DNA of 51,434 nucleotides from Perkinsus olseni (Eukaryota): NCBI GenBank assembly GCA_013115125.1, contig JABANN010000008.1, positions 124,001 to 175,434 of the forward strand, read 5' to 3'. Shown piece by piece: positions 12,001 to 22,468 of this stretch (position 1 is its first letter; each line of letters starts with the position of its first letter). The notes under the pieces were generated by a model. It saw only the letters and a program-made list of their open reading frames with translations, ran no database searches and was not told where the DNA came from. The position numbers and the translations under genes were made by a program.

Positions 12001-14408
12001 GCCCGCCTAGGAAGCGGCCTGTCGGTGACAGGCGCACTTCACGCATCTTCTGTGCTGTCGGCCCTCGGTGTTGCGAGGTTCAGCGCTGCGCTGTCTACCG
12101 CTGACTCAGTCAGTTTCGGCTCATCACTCTCGCTGAGGTCGTTTGCTAGACTTTCGAGCAAGCTTAGCGTACTCGACTTCGCTCAGTGTGGCAGCTCACT
12201 GTCACTGCGGACTACTGGCCGTCTCGGCAGCGGCTTGTCCGTTCTGGGCTTGGCTCGTATCGGCTCGGTCTACAAAATATCTATCATCGCCGAAGGTCAC
12301 TTGGGCAGCTCTCTGTCACTGAGGTCCTTCGCGCGTCTCGGCAGCAGCCTCTCTGTGCATCTTGCGACCGAGTGTGGCTCTAGTCTGTCGGCATTGGGAC
12401 ATGGCCGTGTCGGTGACACCGTCAGCACACTAGGGGCCGCCCACATCGGGTCGAGTTTATCCTTGCGGAGCTTCGGCAGACTAGGCGGAAAGCTATCAGT
12501 GTTCGACTTTCCCAGCTTCGGCAGTTCTCTATCGCTGCGGGCGGTGGCTAGATTGGGAAGTTCCATTTCAGTCTCGTCAACTGCTACCGGTGGCTCCTCG
12601 TTATCAGCACTGAGCTTTGCTCGGCTGGGCGGTGCATGTTCAGCTGTCGGATCAGCTGCCTTTGGCTCGAGTCTCTCCCTGCGCAGCTTCGCTCGACTCG
12701 GTTCCAAGCTCTCGGTGATTGACTCGGCTGACCTTGGCAGCTCTTTGTCTCTGCGAGGTTTCTCGAGGCTTGGAAGTACCCTTAGTGTCCAAGGCGTGAC
12801 GCACTTTGGTGGAGTTCAGAGCGCTACAGCGTATGCCTACGTCAACAAGGCGTCCGTGCTGGACTTGGTAAACTTCGCGTCAACACTATCGTTGAGAAGC
12901 TTCGGACGCCTTGGTAGCAGGCTTTCTGTCTACGATTTCTCGTCATTCGGCAGCTCGCTATCCTTGCGCTCCTTCGCGAGAGTTGGAAGTAGCTTGTCGG
13001 TGACCAGCTCACTGAACTGTGGGTCGGTGCAGAGCACCACGGACTACGCCTACGTCAATAAGGTGTCTGTTCTGGACTTGGTGAATTTCGGCTCCTCTAT
13101 ATCTCTGCGGTCATTCGCAAGGCTGGGGAGTGTCACGTCCATAACGAACTTCGCCAGCTTTGGAAGCACGCTGTCGCTACGATCTTTCGCTCGCTTGGGC
13201 AGCAGCATATCCGTTTTGGGACAACTAACTGCTGGTTCCACATTGACCGTAACTCATGCTACTTATGTCAACCAGCTCTCTTCTGCCGACCTGGTTCAGC
13301 TCGGAAGCAGCCTTTCGACACTGTCTTACACAAGGGTTAGCGGCAGCCTGTCCGTTCTAGACACAGTAAACTGCGGAAGCTCCATCTCATTGAGGAGCTT
13401 CGCACGCTTGGGTAGCGTCCTATCGCTACGGGATACGGCACACCTGGGATCAGCACTGAGCGTGCTCACCAATACATACGCGAACCAGCTATCTGTTATA
13501 CAAGTGGCCACCTTTGGATCATCCTTGTCCATGCGGTCCTTCGCGAGACTAGGCAGCAAGCTATCCGTCGTTGACTTCGCGACGTTCGGGAGTAGCCTGT
13601 CGGTTAGAAGCTTTGTCCGCTTGGGCAGCTTCCAGTTATATGCTGGTTCGACTCGGGTTATATCGGCAACGGACGCAGGCACAGGCACATTACACGGTAG
13701 GCTCTATCTTCCCTTCCCCTCGTCGGCTCCGTTTGAATTCATCCGTACGTAGGTACCTGGACTGCCGATGTTGCACTGACAACGAGTGATCGTCGTTTGA
13801 AGCGAGACATCACACCGCTCTCTGTCGCCCTGGAGCCCACGGATGAGGAATCGGTTCCCGATCGTGAAGGGCCGGCCTCGCAACTCTTACGAGAGCTTCG
13901 ACCGGTCGCTTTCAAGTTAGAGTCGGAGGTTCAAGCTGAAGCTGAAAGGCGACGATTCGGTTTCATTGCTCAGGTGAGGGAAAGAACTTTTTCCGCAGCC
14001 GTAGATCAGTGGCTACGGCCATTCGCGTATCTTCATCTCCTCAGGACTTGGAACGGTTATTGCCCGAAGTTGTCCATCGCTCTGAGGGGCAAGATACCCT
14101 TTCAGTCTTATACCAGGACTTGATTGCAATTTTGACTGGTGCAGTACAGGAACAGCAGGTGAGCCTTCTCGCACTTAGACAAGTCCGGGCATGTGTCTCA
14201 TACCCTTTATCCTCGCTGAAAGTATACTGGACGCCCCAACGACGGTTCTTCTTGTCAGTCACGAATACGAGAGCTCGAGGAGCGTCTGACTGATTTGCAA
14301 ACCAGATTCGAGGCCCACCTACTCGAGCATCTCCTGTACACTAACGGTACCGTAAACGTCACATCGCAATCAGCAGAACGCGGCGAGACTCGCCTATGGA
14401 ATGGATAA
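1..14408 (+). CDS. Giant (>4700 aa, 5'-truncated) beta-helical repeat protein with C-terminal peptidase S74 / intramolecular chaperone auto-processing domain and coiled coil
   Basis: The frame is open from base 1 (RSFSKLAGTVSFLDY...). Inferred exons 1-13696, 13753-13973, 14045-14158 and 14259-14408 are joined by GT-AG introns. Spliced C-terminus: LHGTWTADVALTTSDRRLKRDITPL...LRELRPVAFK...RRFGFIAQDLERLLPEVV...LSVLYQDLIAILTGAVQEQQSRIRELEERLTDLQTRFE...WNG*. The body is 12-mers such as GSSLSLRSFARL / GSKLSVLDFAQL. Confidence 0.9.
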
Positions 14409-14858
14409 CTCTTCCATAGCGTTTATGTGCAGACGATTGTTTACAATCGTCTTGTCATATTTATGTAACATTTTAGTTAAGGGCGTTCTGCAACTCCTCT
14501 TTCAAGTGTGCCCTTGTTACCTCCCTGCGTGATGCGATGACTCTTCGATAATGGAAAGTTCATCGCCGGTGCGACTGGTGATATGGTATGTTCGTGACGC
14601 TACTGTGCTGAGTGTGACGACAAGGTCTACCGGCAATTCATTCTACCAACACACGAATGCATGTCACAAAGATCCATTATTTTATATACCCGATCGTTAT
14701 AATAAGAAAACTCTTTGTTTTGTTGCCAGTCCTTATCGCAGTATGCGTTTTACCGTGTGTGAGCGAGCGGCCGGGAAAATGGCTGGCATTCGGTGGTTCC
14801 AACTGGTAGCTGCGGACACCTGCTAACAGTCACGCACCGCCCCACACACAGAGTTGCT

Positions 14859-15059
14859 ATGTTCTTCGCTTCTCGCCATGCTTCGGTCTCTCAGTCGCGC
14901 CGTGTGCAACCTCCTTGGCGCCGGCGAGTTTCAGTATTGCTCATTGGCGACCTCTCGCTTCATGTTCTTCGCTTCTCGCCATGCTTCGGTCTCTCAGTCG
15001 CACCATGTGTAACCTCCTTGGCGCTGGCGAGTTTCAGTATCGCTCATTGGCGACCTCTC
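14859..15059. repeat. Tandem duplication, ~103-bp period, two copies
   Basis: ATGTTCTTCGCTTCTCGCCATG...GGCGACCTCTC at 14859-14956 and 14962-15059, with a few substitutions. Confidence 0.9.
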
Positions 15060-15910
15060 AATTTTCGACGTTTCGATCACCCCAGGGCTCATCCACAATG
15101 TGGATTCCACATCTCAGTATACACCCCTCCACAAATTCTTAGCATATCCGGTTTTTCGACTCGTGCACGGTCACCTGGACGAGTACGGAACTGCAACTCA
15201 AGGAGGTTTATTCTTATGCTTCCCAGGATATAACCCCCAAGTTTCAGGGCCTAACTCTTCATAGTTAGTGAGAACTCGAAAAGCCGTAAAAAATTTTCTC
15301 CACAAATTCTTAGCATACACGACTTAAAATTGCGCCTCAAAATACCAACTTTTGCTCGGGAACTACATCTACAACTTTGTATCTGATCTAATGCGGTACA
15401 CCAATGGAGAGAGCTTCTTTCAAAAAGCTATCCCTCCATGTTTCATCTGAGTATCCCCCGAAGACTAGCGTCACAAATACCGTCAGCCTGAGGGTATTAC
15501 TTGCAGGCTGCAATTTGCAGCCAAGCACGGACGAGGGAGGGACGAATGTACGAGGGTGAGGTATTAACGTGACCATATCATGCCGACGTTCGGCAGCCGA
15601 ACATGTTGATGGTTTGTTCCCGTCTCTGCGTAACTAAGCGTAACGCAACAATAAGATTGAAAGAATTTTTGCATTTACGTCTCATTGAGATGATCTCAAC
15701 GACGTCAAATACACTGGATATTCGAGCTATCGCAGACAGGAAACGTCTCCCGGTACAAGGGTATCAGGCTGGAGGAAGAAGAGTGGCTACGGCAGGTTAG
15801 GTCATCCATTTGACAATCGAACGATCCAGGTTCTATCCTCACCGTCGACAATTTAGACTACTGTCCTAAGACCTAGGGAGATCAAGGATCAGATCAACGT
15901 GAGAATACCG

Positions 15911-16745
15911 CTAAGGAATGGCGCCGTAACAGGACCGGGCCTCTGTAACACGGTAAAGGAGAGTGATTGTATGCGTGAGACGATTTTCGCATCATGCTCT
16001 CCGAGTGCAGCACTCGTACCTTTGAATGACTCGGATATCCTACTTTGATCCACTGAGCTAGTGGATCATGGATCACCGAAATTCCTCAACGGGACCGAGA
16101 GTTTCTCAGATCCGCGATCCACGGATCACGGACCACGAATTTTTCTCACGGATCGAGGATCAGAATCGTGGATCAATATTCCGGCTCATGCATCAAGGTT
16201 GAGGATCAGGAATCACGGATCAGATTCGTTATTGCGGGATCTGGATCAGACTTTTCGGATCTTGGTGTGATCTGGTTCACGGAGCCGGATCAATAGTGTT
16301 TTCGGATCATCCGATGATCCGAAAACACTCCTCACCGATGATCATCATCGCACAGATCCATGGATCAGGATCCGCATACCTAGCCAGGCTGGAAGTACTG
16401 GCTGAGCTGGACAATGAAACCATGTAGCCAAGACTCGATCTAAGTAAGCCATCTGCGTTGGACTTTAAACTCACACACACGCTCTATGAAACGTTGGATA
16501 TGAACCACTCGCTGACAGCGAGTGACGCTAAGGACAGCGTCCTTAGCGTCTTAACTCTCGGTCCCGTTGAGGAATTTCGGTGATCCATGATCCACTAGCT
16601 CAGTGGATCAAAGTAGGTTATCCGAGTCATTCAAAGGTACGAGTGCTGCACTCGGAGAGCATGATGCGAAAATCGTCTCACGCATACAATCACTCTCCTT
16701 TACCGTGTTACAGAGGCCCGGTCCTGTTACGGCGCCATTCCTTAG
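15911..16745. mobile_element. Non-autonomous fold-back/MITE-like element with 193-bp inverted arms
   Basis: 15911-16103 is the reverse complement of 16553-16745 with one mismatch seen. The interior is GATC-rich and has perfect hairpins at 16295-16329, 16506-16524 and 16524-16550. No coding capacity and no clear target-site duplication. The inverted repeat is certain; the mobile-element label is inference. Confidence 0.6.
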
Positions 16746-18005
16746 TACAGCGACTCGCTGTACTTAGCAACAGGCAGTGTCAAACGTAGGGCATGCGGTC
16801 ACTATGATCTTCAAGTTCAACGCGAGAGGACGGGCCGACGAACCGGAAAAGTTTTCTCTCCTCCCGGCTGAATGCCCTTCCGGGGTGGCTGTAAAGTTTA
16901 CAGCGTAAACAGTGTAAACTACCACGAACGATAGAACTTTCCATAGTGTCTCAGCCACAAGCATCATCTGTGGAAGAGGGAAGGCCATATCCTAAAACTT
17001 GGCCTGCCTTATACCGAGGTTATGCTCTGATAACCTCTGCAGGTATATGGTAGGGCCCCCTCGCTTTCCTTGTCAAGAAGGTCGGTTTATCAAACTAGTA
17101 ATATGATATTAGCTTGCCATAGCTATACATCGGGTGACAAAGATTGTTATTCTCCCCGGAGTTCCGCTTCCGTCCAATGATTCGGACACAAACTTAGTTT
17201 GTCAAACTATCCCGAAGAGGTCTCGTGCACTCGAGCAGAAAATGTTAATTGGTTTTCAAGGCTACAGTACAAGCAGTTCTCAACACAACCCCCCGAGCGA
17301 TAGCCACCTCTATATTTATACACACTCACTGTTAGGGAACCACCAGAGCGGAGTAGAAGGAGTGCTCCATGGTCCCTGCCGCACACGACCTCTCTGACAC
17401 ACTCTCCCTGCAACCTCTTAGCTCCCTCTACGAGTTGTCTGCAGGAGCACTATCAAACCTAGGAGTTGTAGAAGTAGCCCCTTCCTGACGGTGGCAGGAG
17501 GATTTGCAGACTCCGTCCGGTCTTGTGCGATCCTGGCATTGAGTGGAACTTCCTGGAAGTTCCACTGTGGAAGGGCTATACGAATCACTTCCGATGTGGC
17601 CCTCGTACGGCTCACCTCACCTTGATAGCATGTTGGCATTCGGTGACTCCAACAGGTACAAATTTTCTCGTTTATCCGCGGCTCTGGGCAAAACGCGACA
17701 AAGTGAACTTGAAAGAGCCTTTGCAATCCCATCTTGAGAACACTTGAAGGTTCTGCCCGAGTTGGCGAATGCGGCGAATGTGCCCCTGGTGCAACAAGTG
17801 AAGGCTCCACCGGGCTCAATGATTTGGTGTGACTGAGTTTTACGAGATAACATTCTGAGAATTCTGATCTCCAAAGTAATGATGTGACTAGACGATGGAC
17901 GGAACGATCAATGGGGTGGACAAATAATAAAAAAATTGAGTTAAGTCTGAGTTGACTTTGAGCGGCGGGCGCCTGGACGTTCTCCATACAGCAACCGTAC
18001 TAAGC

Positions 18006-18765
18006 CTAGAGGTTGTACATGCAGGCTTGTCCCTTAGGCTGCTCAACCGATTGGCAGCTTCCGCACGGTCCTGGGCAGTCCTGGGAATGAGAAAGAAATC
18101 ATGCACGTCAGTGACGTGACGTCACTTCCGTGAGAAAGCTCAAACCGCCTCACCTGATCCTTTTTGCAGTTGATGAGGCACAACCCGAAAGGTTTGCATT
18201 CCACCGACCCCTTGGGAGGCTTGGGACAGCTGCTAGCTACGGAGCAGTCCTCAGTACAGACGACTGCGAAGACTTTGTCACCATCCTGAGAGAAGACGCG
18301 TAATGATGGTACAGCTCGATCATTTGGTAAACTGCGCTTGGACTACGCATCTCCACCGGGATATTTCATAGCAGAGTTCAGCGACTCCCTGCTCACCGTA
18401 AGACCCGCAAGAGAAGCAGGTGGGTTGCAGCTGCAGCCGGATACGTGACCTTGCCCTGCCTGTTTACATTTACCTATAGGTGCCTCGTAGACGCCGCCTT
18501 CTGAGGTAGCATGACATCTGTGTTAACGACATCTGAGACAGGGTTCTTACGTCCGGATGCATTGACTGATCTCTCGATTCCCGATAAGGCATCAGACTGA
18601 GGGACCCTCAGTGAGGGTACATCTTCCTAAACGAGACGTAACAAATGGCAGCGGCATGAATGCTACTTCTGCTTACAAGTATATTCTGGGAGAATCTGGA
18701 GCTTCCGAATCCACAGCAAAGCTGCGAAAGCTCATGAAGCACAGGATCCCGACGAGGGTTTGCAT
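18006..18765 (-). CDS. Small secreted cysteine-rich protein, paralogue A (5 exons; possibly a pseudogene)
   Basis: MQTLVGILCFMSF... signal-like start. Exons read GGVYEAPIGKCKQAGQGHVSGCSCNPPASLAGLT | DGDKVFAVVCTEDCSVASSCPKPPKGSVECKPFGLCLINCKKDQ | DCPGPCGSCQSVEQPKGQACMYNL*. Intron positions match the 22469-23201 gene. Exon 2 only stays in frame with a weak GAG acceptor. Confidence 0.7.
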
Positions 18766-19302
18766 GGCGTCTTGCTACAACAATGTGCAAAACAGTTTCG
18801 CGATAGAGTTTCCACAGCTTCTATCAGCTGCGCAGCTTTCATTGTGTGGCAGTGACACGCACAAACACCATGGAACACCCATGGAGTCTCAGTGCCCTCC
18901 TCATCTCTCCATGAGTGTTGCGTGGCTTAACACAGTGAGTGCATTGACTAGCACGTTATTCAGCGGAGTGCTGCTGCGGATACAGCGAGCCACCGTGTCC
19001 CAGCCAGCTAAGCTTCTTGATGCGTCCAACGGCCTAAGACTGATGTGCGGGTTGTGACGGTTGTCTCTTTATAGACAGCGATTGTCTATTTGAGACGAGT
19101 TTATGGTGATCTGAGAGTCGTGATGATTGTTCGAGTGGATGTTTCATTATTGGCTCATTGTAGGCAGTTTGCCATAAGACTTGTTTTAGAGAGAGACTCC
19201 TCTTATTACGACGCTACTCCTCCCGTCGAGCGGCAGTACCTCATACACAAGTCATCCGAAGGGTATTAACTACTTGAGCAGCGTGGTTATCCTCAGCAAT
19301 TC

Positions 19303-19453
19303 CCAAAATCCAAGGCACAATCTCGCTCGCCCGCGCTGGCCAAAATCCAAGGCAACCGACCAAAATCCAAGGCAACCGACCAAAATCCAAGGCACCTGAC
19401 CGATATCCAAGGCATCTGACCGAAATCCAAGGCTTTCGACCAAAATCCAAGGC
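19303..19453. repeat. 20-bp minisatellite (CCAAAATCCAAGGCAACCGA consensus)
   Basis: Six units at 20-bp period in 19340-19453 (last one partial), plus a detached core at 19303-19316. Confidence 0.9.
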
Positions 19454-19643
19454 GGGTGAACGTTTTACTGTAAAACTTTTACAGGGTGGGCAGCACTTTT
19501 CGTGGGGTTTGGCTTCATGGAAGTTGCGGTAAGCACTCCACTAGGTCTTGGTCGACTTCTACCAGCCTTAACGTTGGAAGAGGAGAAGTTCGCAATGAAA
19601 AACAGGAGCTCGACGGAAAAGTGTTGCCGAGGGCAACACTTTT

Positions 19644-19758
19644 CGTTTGTCTTTCCAGTAGCCTGAGCGTTCGGAGCTTCGTCTGCTTCGGGAGCGCCTT
19701 CAGCGTGGCCGGATCGGCACTGTCGGGTGGATCCACACTGTCAATCCAGAACGAGGTT
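19644..19758 (+). pseudogene. 115-bp captured fragment of the giant repeat gene family
   Basis: Colinear with 6465-6579 with 8 substitutions. Directly abuts a 13-bp-stem hairpin at 19616-19644. Confidence 0.9.
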
Positions 19759-19957
19759 GTACTCGAACTCAATGCGTTGGACGAGTAGGGTAAATATTAG
19801 TGGAATAATCAAGCAAAGGAAAAAGAAGAACCCTGTATCATTATCATATCACTACAGGATCACGATCTCATTAATTACATACTGCTATTACGCATTAAAT
19901 AATAATAATTGTAGCTACAGCAATAACATTAGCGTCAACTACAGCGAAAATAGCTTG

Positions 19958-20236
19958 TCACAATGCAGACAAGCGGCTTCGACTCTCTCTAGTCAGCGGC
20001 AATCGGACTCGGAAGGCAACACGGAGATCATTGACAGAGAAGAGAGAGCTATCTCTACCAATGATAATGAGACCATCAGTCCCCGAAACGTTATAGCCAT
20101 CAGCGTCAACCATACTAAGATGCCAGGAGTGGGGGATTCCGTCTTCATCCTTGATATCTTCCTTAAGCACCCAATGTGTCAAAAGTCGCGCACCATCAGA
20201 TCTGTTAACCACTACTGCCGTACTGCCTACGGTCAT
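19958..20236 (-). mobile_element. Possible retropepsin-like (retroelement protease) remnant
   Basis: Translation contains VVVNRSDGARL and GLIIIGRD, reminiscent of the retropepsin flap and C-terminal LIIGRD motifs. No catalytic D-T/S-G was seen. Confidence 0.3.
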
Positions 20237-20299
20237 ATTTTTGGAGTTTCATGGTCTTGACGTAATCTCCTTACCTTAGCTACTCCCGCGCGGCGCGGG

Positions 20300-21540
20300 C
20301 CGCGCCAGTACTCCCGACCTATATCGCCCAAGACCAATCACATCCCAGCTGAAGCTCCAGCCCAATCACATCGAACGGGTTGCTTCGATAACCTTCTCAA
20401 CACTGAAGCTTTCTCGGTCCGATCAGCATGGAGTGTAGAGTGTGTGCGTGAGTTCATAGCCGATGCCGATGCTGAGTAACACTTTGGCCGATGTGCTGTG
20501 CGGCAGGGCGGGGGACTTGAACAGATCATGTGGACACATGTGACGGGCTCCAGGGTGCTCGCACTTGCTGTACACCTTACTCGCGCACACCTCATGTCCC
20601 GTCATGACGCTTAGCTTGGCTAAACCAGCGGTCCTCGAGATCCCCTGGTGGTTCTGGATGACTCTCCGGTCTATAGGCCCGAATTTTCTCGACCCTGCCC
20701 GTCCCTCCCGGGTCGGCTATTTGGCGATCAGCCTTCGCGGCGCTCCATCCTGGGCTGTTCTCGCCCTCTGCCTGCGGACTCCGCAGTGACGAAAGCAGTG
20801 TGCTTGTGTGACGAAATCAAACATGCTCCGCAGTGCGAAGCATCCGTCATCCTTTGATTCTGTCTCCACTCGGCCCAACACCCTCGATGAACGTGAGCAT
20901 AGCACCGATCGCAGCAAGGTACGAGGGCGCCACATTCACCTCCTGGACCCTAGACGAGGCCGGCTTAGCATGCGCATCGGAATTGGAATGGACTGACCTC
21001 GAGGCAAATGAAACCCATTCTGTCGGTGCCAGTTACGCTCGCTGAGGACGTCGGGGTTGATACCCTCGGCGAACCTGAGCAAGCTAGTCCCCTGGCTACG
21101 GACTCGAGCTATCAGGTGCTTGATAACGGTTTGAGCAGTGCGACGTCGTCCTCCCGACGGTCTCATTTGTTAACCAAAGTCTTCGACAGGCCGGCCGAAT
21201 CGCGATTGCCACTTGCAGCATCGCCTTCGGCCTCGGCACAGTTTCCGTTCGCATGTTAGGATAGGCATGTCTCATCACTCGCTGCATGCCGCATATCGCC
21301 TCAATCGTAGGGTCGCGTAGAAGGATAAGTGAAGTGGGCGAGTCTGGTCCGCCCCACTGCTGGAGCTGCTCCAGGTCATGAGTCGAGAGTTCCCAGCGAT
21401 CGGTTGGGAGATTGGCTGATGGACCTTCCTCTGTAGATCTTCGTCAACTTGCTCACGTACGCTGCACATAACAGCTATGGCCGACTTGAGTGGCGAGTGG
21501 CCCAAGTTGATGCCGAAGGTGGCGAGCACTGCAAAAACCA
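20300..21540 (-). mobile_element. Decayed tyrosine-recombinase retroelement (DIRS/Ngaro-like): RT piece followed by YR
   Basis: Frameshifted minus-strand motifs: FAVLATFGINLG (RT, after YxDD), NVAPSYLAAIGAM (YR N-terminal), CGVRRQ (catalytic Arg region), CPHDL, HSMLIG (degenerate HxxR box). Many stops and frameshifts. Confidence 0.55.
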
Positions 21541-22468
21541 TCAGGCAGGGGAATTAGGGCTGCCATCCTGATCGCTGCGGGACTGAAAGGTACTAAAGGC
21601 GAAGTGACTAGCACTACGTGATCGTCTCCAAGCCGAGGATTGTCCTATCGCCCCGAACCATCGCTCCGAACCATTCCACAACTTATCAGGAAGCAATGAT
21701 CGACGATGAGTATTGGCCAGAATGTTCCCTCGGGAGCGATATCGTACGAGCACTGCCATGAGCGACAGGAATTGGTGCAAGACAGAGTGAATGAATAGCC
21801 TTACAGTTATGCAAGATGGCAAGATCCATCGCACTGATGTACCAATGATGAATCAGTCAAACTGGATCAGAACAGTCCAACTCCACGCAATGACCACACA
21901 GAAGTTTCCTCGTCAAATTGCCTCAACCCTGATCAGATGAATCGTCTACTCCATCGGTATCAGAAACCAACTTCCTGCTGATTTGGGATACCAAAGTCAT
22001 CACTTCCCGCTGCTGACTCCATTCGGCCCTGCAGCATTGGGGAAAGTGGTCATAACGCTGAATCGATGCCGCCCTCCACGGCAGCAGGACGTGAGGTTTC
22101 GGGAGAATTCTTGTTCATACCGTCTCGTCAATGGACAAAACGCAACAAGATGTCTTGTATTCCGAAAAGCCGGAAGCAGAAGATATCCTGCGGTACAACA
22201 CAAAGAAAGTCCTAGTAGGCTCGATGACGATACGATAGGAGCTTGACACTCTCGAGTTGACATATGTTATTAACACTAACGATTCAAATCACCATATTTG
22301 ATTGTTGAACCCGAACGTGTCGCCCTCGCAAGAGGCCTTCTCCTCTCGAGGACGTAGCTCAATATGAGGTTGGATATAAACGGGCACGGAGTCGGGCTCA
22401 ACTCGACGTACTTCATTGGGCGACCCCCCCAAAGGTGGGTCAGCATTACAACTTGTACAACTTGTGAT

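Noticed and set aside
42-13688. Many minus-strand and off-frame ORFs overlapping the giant gene
   Set aside because: They are shadows of the repetitive Ser/Leu/Gly/Ala codons, with no independent motifs.
13697-13752. C-terminus RLYLPFPSSAPFEFIRT* given by the ORF track
   Set aside because: It is read-through of a 56-nt GT-AG intron. Splicing gives the S74 motif in frame.
15894-16789. Two near-identical short ORFs MIHDPLAQWIK...
   Set aside because: They result from the inverted repeat, start at GTG, and show no coding evidence.
17145-17852. Possible solo LTR (TGTTAT...ATAACA ends, TATA-like motif on the minus strand)
   Set aside because: No target-site duplication, primer-binding site or polypurine tract is visible, so it cannot be supported without copy-number data.
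19340-19453. CRISPR-like array
   Set aside because: Units are contiguous 20-mers without unique spacers, there are no cas genes, and the context is eukaryotic.
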